A DNA stretch of 64,000 nucleotides from Camelus dromedarius (Eukaryota): assembly GCF_036321535.1 (NCBI RefSeq), contig NC_087436.1:9238001-9302000 (forward strand), written 5' to 3'. The position numbers and the translations under genes were made by a program. The notes below the pieces were generated by a model. The model was not told the DNA's origin and searched no databases. It saw nothing but the letters and a program-made list of their open reading frames with translations. This document shows, one piece after another, positions 13,810 to 24,945 of this stretch; within the stretch, counting starts at the first letter, position 1, and each line of letters begins with the position of its first letter.

Positions 13810-15092
13810 AGTCTGTGCAGATAATAAATTGACCTCACTGAAAGGGATGTGGGAAGAGGTTACTGTGGAAGTAACTTTGCCTATTGTTGAGCTCTGTAAG
13901 ACTAAAAGCAAAAGGAACTGTAAGTAAGAAGCACTGTACTCTAGTTGATATACTGGTTTTCCACAGGGATTCAAGCTGAAAATTCTGATACCATTGTGCA
14001 TGCATCCTGGAACTGAGCAATCTTGTACGTGGACTGTGGATAGTGCAGCCAGGTTTCTCCTTGTTGGATTGAGACATTACAGAAATACAAGAAGAGAAGG
14101 TTGAAATAACCTAGGTGGAAATGTATTAGAGAGGGACATATTAATATAAACTCATGTGTAGTTAATATAGATACAAAGGGTGGCTCATAGAAATATTTAT
14201 AGATATGTGTATATGCAGAGATCAGTGTGCACACACATATTTTGTTGTTCTCTCATCTAAGAGGGGCTAGAAGCAATGACATCCCTGTAGCAATAAGAAC
14301 ATGTAACACTCAGGACTGGATTCTAATACCATTCTCCAGGAAGAGGATCTGGGGCTCCTTCGGGAACAGCTGTTTTTAGGATTGAGGAAGGAAGTATACA
14401 AGGAGCAAAGTAGTGGTGCCAGACAGCAAAGACGTCCTCAAAATAAAGTAAAATAAAATAAAATAATAAAATAGAAACCACATTCACATCAACAGTTATA
14501 AAGAAGGAGAAGCGTAACTTCCCACTCTGTAAGCATGGGCTTCGCACAGTGACTTTCTCCTACAGTTTCCCTAGGGGACAAGACAGGGAGTAACTTACAG
14601 AGAAAAAACTTTGCAAATACTACGCAGCCTGGTATCAAAGTCAACATCGTCAGCAGTCAAAAATCATGTTGATGTACAGTCCCCTGATATGATACAATGA
14701 AAAAGGAACTTGATCTCTGTGCTCGCCCCCTCAGCCAACCCCGTAACTTCAGTCTAATGGTGAGAAGTACATCAGACGAATCCCAATTGAAAGACATTCT
14801 ACAAAATATCTGCCCCGCCTACTCCGAGGTCGTCCAAAACCAGGAAGGTCTGAGAAACTGTCAGTTTAGAGGAGCCAGAGGAAGCACAACTACAGTAAAG
14901 GGCTGTTCGGGCAAAACAAAGAAAAATATCTTAAAATGATAGATTTCACTTAATGATGCAAAATATTGGTTCACTAGTCATGATAGATACACCGCACTAA
15001 TGTAAGTTTTAATAATAAAAGAGAATGAGGATGAAAAATTTGGAAACTCTGTATCATCTTTGCTTTCCTCTGAAAATCTAAAATAAAACTTT
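13810..15092 (+). mobile_element. LINE-1 (L1MC/L1MD-type) long 3' UTR
   Basis: ctgtactctagttgata, gctagaagcaatgacatccc, gaatcccaattgaaagacattctacaaaata and terminal aactctgtatcatctttgc...aaatctaaaataaaa. Confidence 0.85.
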
Positions 15093-15169
15093 AAAATGTA
15101 TGATAGTTTTAGTAACCTAAAGAAATCTTTCTAGACTTGTAGAAAGTAAGTGTATTTCACTTGAGAAAT

Positions 15170-15495
15170 CACACTAATGATATTACTATCATTAATATTT
15201 TATTATTTAATTTAAAATTTGTTTTTAATTTATTTATATTTATAATTAGTTTACACATTAATTTTAATTTAATATTTAACACCTTTAATAGTAGCAAATA
15301 ATGATATAATAATAGCAAATGATAATATAATAATAGCATATATTTGTAAAAATATTTTATGTCAATCATGGTTCTAAGTGATGTAAATGTATTGTTTCAT
15401 TTTAATTCTGAAAATAGTTTAAATATAGTTATATTTTTAATATAAATAGTTTAAATTATAGTGATTTATATCTATCTATCGATCTATATATATGA
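15170..15495. repeat. AT-rich low-complexity tract
   Basis: Almost all A/T, with (TAA)-like repeats. Confidence 0.8.
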
Positions 15496-15524
15496 CACTT
15501 GTGGTAGTGTTGAATTTTTCCAGG

Positions 15525-16650
15525 GGTTTGGTCTTTATTCCTGTCTTCTTCTTCCACCCCAGTAAACTGAGCAGTGATATTGATTTACAAGGACTGAATC
15601 ATCATTTGTACCTGATGACATAATTTCAGCATCTAACCCTTCCCTGGCTTCCAGCTTGGTATCGGCAACTGTTCACGGAACATTCTTTCGTTAACATATT
15701 CCCCAGATCTCAAGGTTTCCTTGTAGAAAGCTAAAGCCAAACTCCAGTTTTTCTTGCTCCAGATTTCCTGTTCCAAACCAGCTTTTCTTTGCTCCCACTG
15801 TGTGCGAAGAGGGTCTTCCACCCAGTCCCCCACGCACCAAGAACTTCTGTATCTAGTTCACTTCCCCCCTTTCTCCCTGCACGTAACTCGCACATATTTT
15901 ATCATGTAGAGAATTTCTTAAGCTACTCCATGGTGTTGCTGCCTCTGCATCCATTTTGTTTGGCTGAGCTGTCTGTGGGGACCTGAAACTAACTCCAGCC
16001 CCTCCCGGGAACACCGAAAAAGAACTAACAGAATCACAAGCAAATGGAAGTTCCTCATATGACTTCCCCAACAGCCTTGTGACCATCTCCCCTGGTTCCG
16101 AGGACCTGCTTACCTTAGGCCCCAAGACCCTAGTGGGGCTTGCCCAAACCCTGCTCTTTTGGTTTAAATTGACCAAATTGGCCTCATCCCAGGAACCCCA
16201 AAGCATTGCATGCAGAGACCCTAATGCAGGTCCTGTCTTTCTCCAGTGTGCCCTCTGCCTCCACCTCCCTGTGGCCCCTGGAGGCATGCCTGGTGTTTCC
16301 TTCAGGACCTGAGAGTAATAAACTGCTAGATTTCAATTCCTCTTGTGTCTGTTGTTAAAACAGATCTCACCAACCAGCACCCTGTGTTCCACTTAAGTAT
16401 GAATTTGTCATAAGTCACTAACTACTTTTTTTCATTTTTTTTTTCCCTCTCTTGCCAGTCTTTGGTAGCCCTTTTTTAGTTCAAGTCTGGGATTCCCATC
16501 TTCCAATTTATCTTCCACAGATCCAACCGTTAGCTTCCTAAAACAAAAATTAGCACCTTAGCAGATAGGATTAAAACCCTTGGTATATCCCTAATGCCTC
16601 AGATCCAAACTCCTGACCGTATCTTATCAGCTGCTTCGTATTTGTTTCCA
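15525..16650 (+). mobile_element. L2 fragment split by an LTR
   Basis: catcatttgtacctgatgac...atctcaag (15525-15790); resumes with ttcctaaaacaaaaatt...atccaaactcctgacc (~16430-16650). Confidence 0.55.
15800..16424 (+). mobile_element. ERVL-class LTR (MER54/MER73/MER74 group)
   Basis: 3' part ccctctgcctcc...tgtggcccc...ggcatgcc...ggacctgagagtaataaact...tttcaat resembles MER74/MER54-type LTR ends. Confidence 0.55.
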
Positions 16651-17162
16651 AAGAATCTTTGGTGGGACTTTGATTTGGGTTAAATTGTGTCCCCCAAAAA
16701 GATATGCTCAAGTCCTAATCCTCTTGCCAGTGAATGTGACATTTGCAAATTGGGTGTTTGCTGATATAATCAAATTAAAATGAAGTCTTACGAGATTAGA
16801 ATGGTCTCTAAATCTGATGACTGGTGTTCTTAAAAGGATAGAGATTTTGGAACATAGGAATGGAGAGGACACAGAGGGATGAAAGCCATGGGCTGACAGA
16901 GGCAGAAACAGCAGTGATATTGATTTTTGTGTCTTCTTTGGGATCCATTGTAGGGAAAAGTTTCTAAAGCCAGCAGATCTTAACACAGGAGCAGAAATGA
17001 CTGCTGGAGAACAGAAGATCTAACACGGGAGGACGCGGTTACTGCTCTCTTATTGCTGCTTGTGCTTCTGCTCTGTTTGCTCACCACCCTGCAGGTTCCT
17101 TATGACCATAAATAACAGTCCCCTTGACCCCACTGCTCTGTCTCCCTAAACTCTGTTCCTAC

Positions 17163-17703
17163 TGTAACCCCATAGGGGAAGGGAAAAACTTCAGTTCTTG
17201 CCTTGCCAGAAAGAAAATAATTCAGACGGGAGATTGAAGCATTGTGTAGTGAAAGATTTTAAAGGATTTATTAGCAAAGGGAAAGTACCCCTCCAGGAAT
17301 GGGAGGCGGGCTGATCCAAGGGCGGATAGTGATGGTCTTTGTTTGCATGCTCATTGAGAGGGGGGTCTCTTGATTGACTGACAGCTCTTGCCCTGGAGTG
17401 CTCCGTCATGCTCGTTCCCCTCTGTGCATGTCCTTACCCGTGATGTACATAGACAAACCCCATGGGGGAGGCCTACGCTGCAATGCTAATTATAATACAA
17501 TGAACATTGGGTCATGTCTGGTTAGGTCCTTATGGCTACCACTCAGTTGTGGCCGTCGGGTTCCAACTGGTTTCCTGCTGGCACCTGTGTAGAGGAAGCA
17601 AAGCCCCTTTATGCTGAAGGCGGGCACAACGCCATCTTCCGGACCCTCCAGTCTCTCCTTCACCTTATCTGCCCAGGCCCCTCACTTATCTAACCACCTA
17701 ACA
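17163..17703 (-). mobile_element. ERV1-class solo LTR
   Basis: TG...CA termini, perfect 4-bp TSD ctac (17159-17162 / 17704-17707), minus-strand AATAAA at 17267-17272. Confidence 0.9.
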
Positions 17704-17820
17704 CTACCACCTCTGACCCAAGTTCTCTGTAGAGTATCCTGCTTTTTTTCCTTTAATTACTGCCTCTCCACTTCTGCCTAGGATTCCAGCCTATAGTTCC
17801 TCCCTGGGGAAGTTTGAATG

Positions 17821-17959
17821 CAGCAGTTCTCACATTTTAGTGAAGCTCAGCATCACCTGGGGGCAGGTTGTCACAGAGATGGCTGAGCCTCCCCGCACAG
17901 TCCCTGATTCTGTAAGTCTGAGGGCGGGTCTGAGGATTTGTATTTCTAATAAGTTCCCA
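17821..17959 (-). mobile_element. MER5A (hAT-Charlie) fragment
   Basis: cagcagttctca...catcacctgg...ctgattctgtaagtctg...atttgtatttctaataagttccca matches MER5A. Confidence 0.85.
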
Positions 17960-18109
17960 TTTCTCCATGGAAGAATGAAGAGATGGGCATTTTAAAATGC
18001 TAGAAGCAGATGACGGTGACATAAGACTGTACTGGACGTTACCTGTCACCTTTTCCAGTCCAATCTACTTTCTCTTGAGAAACTAAGGGGGCTGGGTTAG
18101 GTAAAACTA

Positions 18110-18243
18110 CTTTTTTTTTGGGGGGGGGGGCATAAGTATGTTTATTTATTTATTTTTAACGGAGGTACCGGAGGTTGGACCCAGGACCTCATGCGTGCTA
18201 AGCACACACTCTACCACTGAGCTATACCCTTCCTTGCTCCCTT
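18110..18243 (-). mobile_element. tRNA-Ala-derived SINE (camelid Vic-1-like)
   Basis: Reverse gggtatagctcagtggtagagtgtgtgcttagcacgcatgaggtcctgggtccaa; TSD ggtaaaacta (18100-18109 / 18244-18253). Confidence 0.92.
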
Positions 18244-20559
18244 GGTAAAACTATTCTTAAGAAACTAAAAAACTAAGATGCACATTGAGTTGTGAATATG
18301 GGTATGCAAACGCACATACAAACACACAGGCACACACACATATTTACATTTTTTAACATTATCTGTATGCATATGTGTATATTCAGAGAATTTTGATAAG
18401 ATAATAAGTTTTAATTCTCTCATTCCAAAAAAAAAAAAAAATGCTAAGGAACTGCAGAAGCTGGAGGGGGCAAGGAAGGATTATTCCCTGGAGCCCTAGA
18501 GGATTCAGAGGGGGCACTGATTTCAGGCTTCAAGCCTCTGGGGATGGAAGAGGGTAAGCTCCTTTTGTTTTAAACCTCCCAGACTGTTGTGCTTTGTTAA
18601 GGCAGCCCGAGGATTTAATACAGATTTCTTCTGATTCCCAAGACACTGTCTCTGCTTTGCATGTCTCTGATTCTGGTCCCTGATGGAAATGGCACCCTTC
18701 GTATTGTCCACAGCATAACTCAGTCATGAATCCATGACTCTTTTAGGTGGAACTATTGGCTTGTATCTGTATTTCCTTGGAACCATTTATAAGGATTTGC
18801 TAAAATATTTAAAAATATTTAGAAGTTTATGTGTTTCACTGTTAAACTGTAATTTTCTCAAGGCAATAGTTCTTTCCGAGCACTTAGCTGAGTATCTGGT
18901 ACCAGAGCTCTCCAGTAAATTTTATTAAACGACAGTGAATGACATTCCCTTTGTGTTTTCACATGCATTATGTGGGCTGACCATATATAAGGATATTTAG
19001 CACTTTGAAATAAATACTCATGTATAATTTAAGAACATATTCTAAAAGATTAAATGTAATTGTATGAAATGGCATAATCTATAATTTAATATTGGTTCCA
19101 TATTATTTAAAATGTAATCTTAAATTTAATATTTAGAGAAGTAACTATATCCATCTCATTAAAATTAGTGGATTTTTTAAAATAATGAAATCGTGAATAT
19201 TTTTCTCAGTTTTAACTTAAAATGACATATGTTTCCATGAATAATATTGACCTTCTTATTGGAATTGTCTAGGGAAGTAAAAACTTTCCAATCTAAATAA
19301 GATACATTAACATCTCACTCTAAACAGATGTTAAAGGAAACCACAGAAAGATAATTGTACTTTGATACCAATTCAGTCATCTTTCCTGCTCTAATTAAAG
19401 GAGGAAATAAATGATCCCTTGAGGGACTTAGAGCATTAATACTGCAAATGCTTCATTTAAATTATTTAGATATATGCTTTATTGCATATCACTTTAAAGG
19501 ATCCTCCTAAGTTTAGACAGAATCTAAATAGATTTAGGAAAGTCACACACAAAAGGGAAATACTGAGTACTATTGATATTAAGGGGGAAAAAAAACAGAA
19601 GAGGAGTCAATTATGTGAAAATTTTAAGTTATCTCCTGTTCCTAATCTAACTCATAATGAGAAAAAGAATGACACACATAGAACAGGGACAGAATTCATC
19701 AGATGTTTCATCAACAAGAACAGAAAGTGATACAAGGACATTCTTGAGATAATCAACCAAATGTCAGCTATGGGAGGAGCGTGGCCAGTCTCACCGCCGC
19801 GATGTACGATTGATTGTTCAGGACTCTGCGGGAATCGCTCAGCACAAGAGGAATACAAATTAGATCTCTCAGTAGTTCAGACCAGTACCAGCCCCTCTCT
19901 CTCTCTCTCACGAAGGGAGAAGCTGAGAATTTGAAAACATCTTTCAGCTTGTTGTTTTATCCTTTGCCGCTACAGGAAGGCAGGGAAACACTCCCAGCCC
20001 CAGAGCAGGCAAAGAGAATGAGAACAGTGGGTGGGGGTTAGAGAGTAACTAGAATGATGCGAGAGACGCTGGTAAACAGGGCGTCACAGAGCTGTGCGTC
20101 CCCAGAACGTTAGGGAAATCAGCGCTAATTGGAAGGAAACGCAGAACTCTAATGTGAGTTTAATGTTTACAGATCCAGTAGCGTAAAAGTTAGATGTGCG
20201 AGGAAAAGACCAATAAAAAATAATAATAATAATTGGCACTCTGCTGTGTGGCTGTTCCTTTCACTTGTGGAAAGTACAGAAAAAAAATTTTTTGAGGAAA
20301 TACACCATGAGGTGATTCTCTGGATACATTAAAGACAGCAGGGTCCTATCAATAATTCCAACAAAAGTTAGAATGGAAAGCAATTTGGACCATTGGAAAA
20401 GATGCCGGGTGGCGGGGAGAGTTCGCAAATGACCCCAGTGGGAACCTGCACCCACTGGGGAGTTTTATTTCTCTCAACGATGTTAATAATATTAGAGAAA
20501 TTGAGGAATTTTTTAAAAAATTTAAATGGTTTGACTCCTATTTACACATTCCCTCTAGG

Positions 20560-20808
20560 TATGATATAGTATAGTAGCAATAAAAATAAAAAATTTTTTT
20601 GGAACAGACCAGGATTTGAACACTAATTTCATGATTAACTGACTGGGGCCTTGGTCAATTCCCCTAACTTTGTGGAACTCAGTGTCTTCATTTATAAAAC
20701 AAGAATGTTAAAACCCTGCCTCATACCTGCATTCATCTGAATGGAGTAGTATTTGTAAAGGACAGTATCCTGCCTGGCTCATTGCTGGTGCTCAAAAAAT
20801 TTTAGACC
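20560..20808 (+). mobile_element. MIR SINE
   Basis: cagaccaggatttgaa...ccttggtcaatt...ctcagtgtcttcatttataaaa...tgcctggctca...gtgctcaaaaaat. Confidence 0.8.
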
Positions 20809-20907
20809 ATCATGTCCCACCTAAACCATCCCATAGGCAACAGATCCTTCTGATGTTCAGAAGCTGTTTAAAATGTATTTTATATATTTTGTTATATTCA
20901 AAGATCA

Positions 20908-21098
20908 TTATACTAACTACTATGTATAAATTAGATAAACAGCACCCTACTGTATAGCACAGTATTCAATATCTTGTAATAGCCCATAATGAAAATGAAA
21001 AATAATATGTAAATATGTATATATTTATATATTAAATTAATCATTATGCTGTACACCAGAAATTAACACAACCTTGTAAATCGACTATACTCAATAAG
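20908..21098 (+). mobile_element. Short 5'-truncated LINE-1 3' end
   Basis: ctactgtatagcacag...gctgtacaccagaaattaacaca...gtaaatcgactatactcaata; TSD aaagatca (20900-20907 / 21099-21106). Confidence 0.85.
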
Positions 21099-21779
21099 AA
21101 AGATCAATTTGGTAGGGAAAAAAACCCCAAACCCCCAGAGATCATTACATAACCCAGTACATAAAAGGGCAAAAAAAAAAATGATATATTTAAGAAAGAA
21201 GAATGCCAAAAGTCCAGAGCAGAATCATTGAGACTAGTTGTAAGGCCACCTAGTCTAGAAGAGGCAAGTTTCACACTTACATTAATACAACTGATTATAA
21301 TTAATATTGTTATTGTTATTATCTTAGTAATAATGATTTTAATTCAGAGGAGATAGTTATAGTTCTTAATGGCAAGAGAAGCAACTTTTCTGAACAGAAG
21401 TCTGAGAAAAGGATCTTTCTCAGTATGTATTTCAAGAAACAGAGATGAGACTCAATGCTTAGATATGCCTCGACTTTGAAGAGGTACGTTCCTTGTTCAG
21501 AACACTTTCATTTTTAGTATTTTGTTAATTTCCAAAAGTGGTATAACATTGACTAAGGCTTATTGTAAAATAATAAGGGTTATCTAATTTGTTGCACATT
21601 CTTTATTGGTTTTGATTTTTGATAGCTATGTAATCGGCATGAAGTGTTATTTTTAGAAATTTTGGTTACTGTCCATTATAATTATAAAATTATATTTTAT
21701 ATAGAAAACAACATACTACTTTGATAGTATTAACTGTTAGAAACTACCCAGTCTTCATCATTATACTTTCCTAAACTCT

Positions 21780-22500
21780 ATTTTATTAATGTACTGCTGT
21801 TTGTGCTTTTTGTCCTGTTCTCCAGATTAAGCTCAAAAAGCCTTCATGGTTTTCGATTCATTTTTGTAAAAATATGAGTTCAGATGAATTCATTATAATT
21901 TTCCTTATTTTATATGCACATTTCTGATTTTATCTTCCTCGCATTCCTGTTTTACTTTGGGTTGTTTTTCAATTCCTTTTGCAATATTACCATTGCTCAC
22001 TATGTTTATTTAATGTTCGATTTTCAAGATAATTTGTAATCGAGTTTTCTTATGAATTCTCACTTGTCTAAGTCTCACATGTGGACAGATCACGTTATCA
22101 TTTACATTATTTCCTAAGTTTTCCATTTTTGTGTTTTTAATTTCTTTTTGATTCATCTGTTATATAAAATAATATTTTATTTCTTACTAATTTCTAGTTT
22201 TTGACATGCAGATTTAATTTTTGACATGAAGTGTACCTTGCAAAATTTTTTGTTTTTAAATTTGATTTCTCAACATTTTCTTTTTGGAGATTTTATAATA
22301 TATTTTTGTAGACAAATTATGAAATCATAAAAATGTTCTTTAACTTTTGATATATATTAAATACACTGAAAGTACCCTATTCATTTCAATTTTTAATTTA
22401 CTTATTTTACCTATGAAATCTGGTTAAAGAATAATGAGACTTTCCATACAATTTGAATTTTAAATAGTTTAAAATATTTTATGTTGTTATTTGTTATTTA
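21780..22500 (-). mobile_element. Very old LINE-1 (L1ME-like) fragments
   Basis: T-rich, with weak similarity to reverse L1 ORF2; poorly conserved. Confidence 0.35.
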
Positions 22501-22849
22501 TAATTTCATTAGTATCTATATTCTGGAAGCTTTTTGGTGTTGGGGACTATGTTAATTTTTTATTCTTACTTAGCACAATGCTAGACATAAACTCTCACTA
22601 AATGTATGCTATATAACTAAATGGATATGCATTTTAAGCTTTAAATTGAGGATTATATTTCTTCTAAACTTTTAAGATCGCATTAAAATAAAAATAAGAG
22701 AAAATTTAGAGAGTAAGTCAATATAAACACTCCATAACAACTTATAAAATTCACATATATCAATATTAAGGAATTCCTAGATATAGCTTATGTTATTGTT
22801 TACAGAGAAATACTATAACGCAGTCAATCCAAAATCATGGAAATGGAAT

Positions 22850-23273
22850 TGTTACCGAGTCCAAACTCATTCTGCTGGCCGCACGACAGGCCAATAAATC
22901 GGGATACAAGGTGTTGGGGCAAGGAATAGCGACTTTATTCGGAAAGCTGGCAGACCGAGAGGCTGGCGGACTAATGTCTTGGAAGACCATCCTCCCCAGT
23001 CAGAATACAGGCTCCTTTTATACAAAAAAAGGGGAGGAGGTGTGGTTGGTTGTGCAAACTTCTTGGTGTAGGAATTACCCGTTCCCACAGCTATCGCGTG
23101 GGCCAGCTCATGGTGTCCCTGTAAACCACAAGACAAATGTTATTCTCTGTTCTGCAACTTGTTATCTTTACGTGAGTGCAGAGCTAGCAAGACCAAGCCT
23201 AGAAAACAGGATGCAGGGTTAAAGCCAAAGGAACAGATCTAATGTGGAGTCCAATTTGTTCTTTTCTATTACA
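22850..23273 (-). mobile_element. ERV1-class solo LTR (relatively young)
   Basis: TG...CA, perfect TSD gaat (22846-22849 / 23274-23277), minus-strand TATAAAA near 23016-23022 and AATAAA at 22934-22939, many CpGs retained. Confidence 0.92.
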
Positions 23274-23845
23274 GAATGAAAAATTTTAAAAAGAAGGAAA
23301 ATATAATAAATAGAATATTTTTATTCTTTTATCTTCCTTTTCTAATACATTTGATAAAGATAATATCTTTACTTTTAAACTGTCTGCATATTCACCGTTA
23401 GGTGGCTTTTCATTAATATATTAAAATGAGTCTTTGTTTTATATCTTTATTAAATCTAAAGTTTCATCTAAATCTATACAGTCTCCCCCAAATCTCCTCA
23501 TGGTTCCAAAAATGTATGGTTTATTAAGTCCTTGAGAGGAAATACTGGAAATTTTAAGTGAGCCCCCGTCCCACCCTGGGAGCCAGTGATAAAATTCACT
23601 TATACCTCCTCAATAATGTATATGGAAATATAACAGCCAGTGTAGATCAGAACCTAGACTAACACGCTACCCTTCCTGCATCCTTACATGAATTTGAACT
23701 TTCTCCTTGAACAAGGTGGAGGGGACTGGCACATACCACACTTTTCCCCAGCTTCCCTTATCTCAGGTAATTTTATGATGTCTACTTGCATTCACCATGA
23801 TGCCATGAATGTTGAGTTTTCTTTGTAAGAAATTGTGGATTGCCT

Positions 23846-23872
23846 GTGTATGTGTGTGTGTGTGTGTGTGTG
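23846..23872. repeat. (TG)n microsatellite
   Basis: Visible run. Confidence 0.9.
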
Positions 23873-24097
23873 CACATTTGTGTATATTGAAAGTCTATTT
23901 TTATGTCAGTTTTATTTATAGTTGTTTTTCTAAGAGTGTATTCATTGGATATATATTGCTCAAATTTATCCCACAGTGGTGTTTCTAGAACTATTTAATA
24001 ACATTATCATAATTGTAGGTTCTATAGTAGTGTTAATATTTTAAATACTAGTATTGTTTATGCTTTAGTTTAAGTACAGGTTCTCTATGGATTTCTT

Positions 24098-24235
24098 TTT
24101 CTTATTTTTTTTTGGGGGGGAGGAAATAATTAGGTTTATTTATTTACTTATTTTTTAAGTGGAGGTACTAGGGATCGAACTCAGGACCTTATGCACGCTA
24201 GGCAGGCACTCTACCACTGAGCCATCCCCTCCCCC
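24098..24235 (-). mobile_element. tRNA-Ala-derived SINE (camelid Vic-1-like)
   Basis: ggaggtactagggatcgaactcaggaccttatgcacgctaggcaggcactctaccactgagccatcccc, with the same AAAT / C-run / A-run tail as the 18110 copy. Confidence 0.9.
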
Positions 24236-24239
24236 TAGA

Positions 24240-24700
24240 TTTGTTTCTACAGATATATCAATTTTATTATCTCAAAAACCAATTTTCACTAAGCCAACTT
24301 TAGTATGTGTCTTTTATTAATTTCTTCTGTTGACTCTATTATTTCATTCTTTTCACACTTTTACTTTAATTTGCTATTTAGCTTTCTAAATTCTAAGGAG
24401 AATGCTTGGTTCACTGATTTTCAGTCTTGTTTTCTATTATATGCTTTAAAGAGATTATCCTTCTGTCAAGATTATCAAGCTGCATCCGTCAAGGTTTGAT
24501 ATGGAATATTTTTTATTAACACTTGTTTCGAAGTGTTATTTAAAACCTATTATGATTTGTTCTTGGACCCATCAATTGCATAGGAGTGTATTGCTTAATT
24601 TCCAAGCACTGAATATCTTCTGGTTTTCATGTTGTTACTGGTTTCTAATTTAATTCTACTGCAAAAACACACTCTGTATGTGTTATATCCTCAGAAATTG
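24240..24700 (-). mobile_element. Old LINE-1 ORF2 fragment
   Basis: ttcttggacccat...taggagtgtattgcttaatttccaa...tttctaatttaattc...acactctgtatg. Confidence 0.7.
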
Positions 24701-24734
24701 GTGGAGAAAATCAGCTTGGGAAAATAAAATTCAG

Positions 24735-24945
24735 TGGAAACAATAAGCTTAAATCTGACTTCTCAACAGAAGAAAACAAAGTATAACACTTTTTTTTTAA
24801 ACACTGAAAGAAAGTCAGCTATCATCCCAGAACTCTAGCTCCAGTGCAAATATCCTTCAGAGGAATGAAAACAGAGAAAAGGCACAAGCAATAAACTCAT
24901 GCTAGAGTAAATTCTAGAAAGAGTACTGCAGGTAGAAGAACAACC
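24735..24945 (+). mobile_element. L1/HAL1 ORF1-like fragment
   Basis: ctgacttctcaacagaa...cccagaactcta...aaatatccttca resembles the ORF1 C-terminus. Confidence 0.5.

Larger units (their letters stand above)
16921..18441 (+). pseudogene. Putative 5'-truncated retrocopy (C-terminal codons plus 3' UTR) of an unidentified mRNA
   Basis: Foreign sequence splitting MLT1C. Open frame 16922-17023 ends in TAA; AATAAG at 18403-18408; A15 at 18427-18441. Confidence 0.55.
16671..18622 (+). mobile_element. MaLR LTR (MLT1C-like), split into 16671-16920 and 18442-18622
   Basis: 5' gggttaaattgtgtcccccaaaa and 3' ggcagcccgaggatttaataca. The 5-bp TSD gactt (16666-16670) / gattt (18623-18627) brackets both halves. 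Confidence 0.9.

Noticed and set aside
18160..18232. tRNA-Ala(AGC) gene (also at ~7630-7700 and ~24160-24230)
   Set aside because: Mismatched stems, SINE tails and (for 18110) a clear TSD show these are tRNA-derived SINEs.
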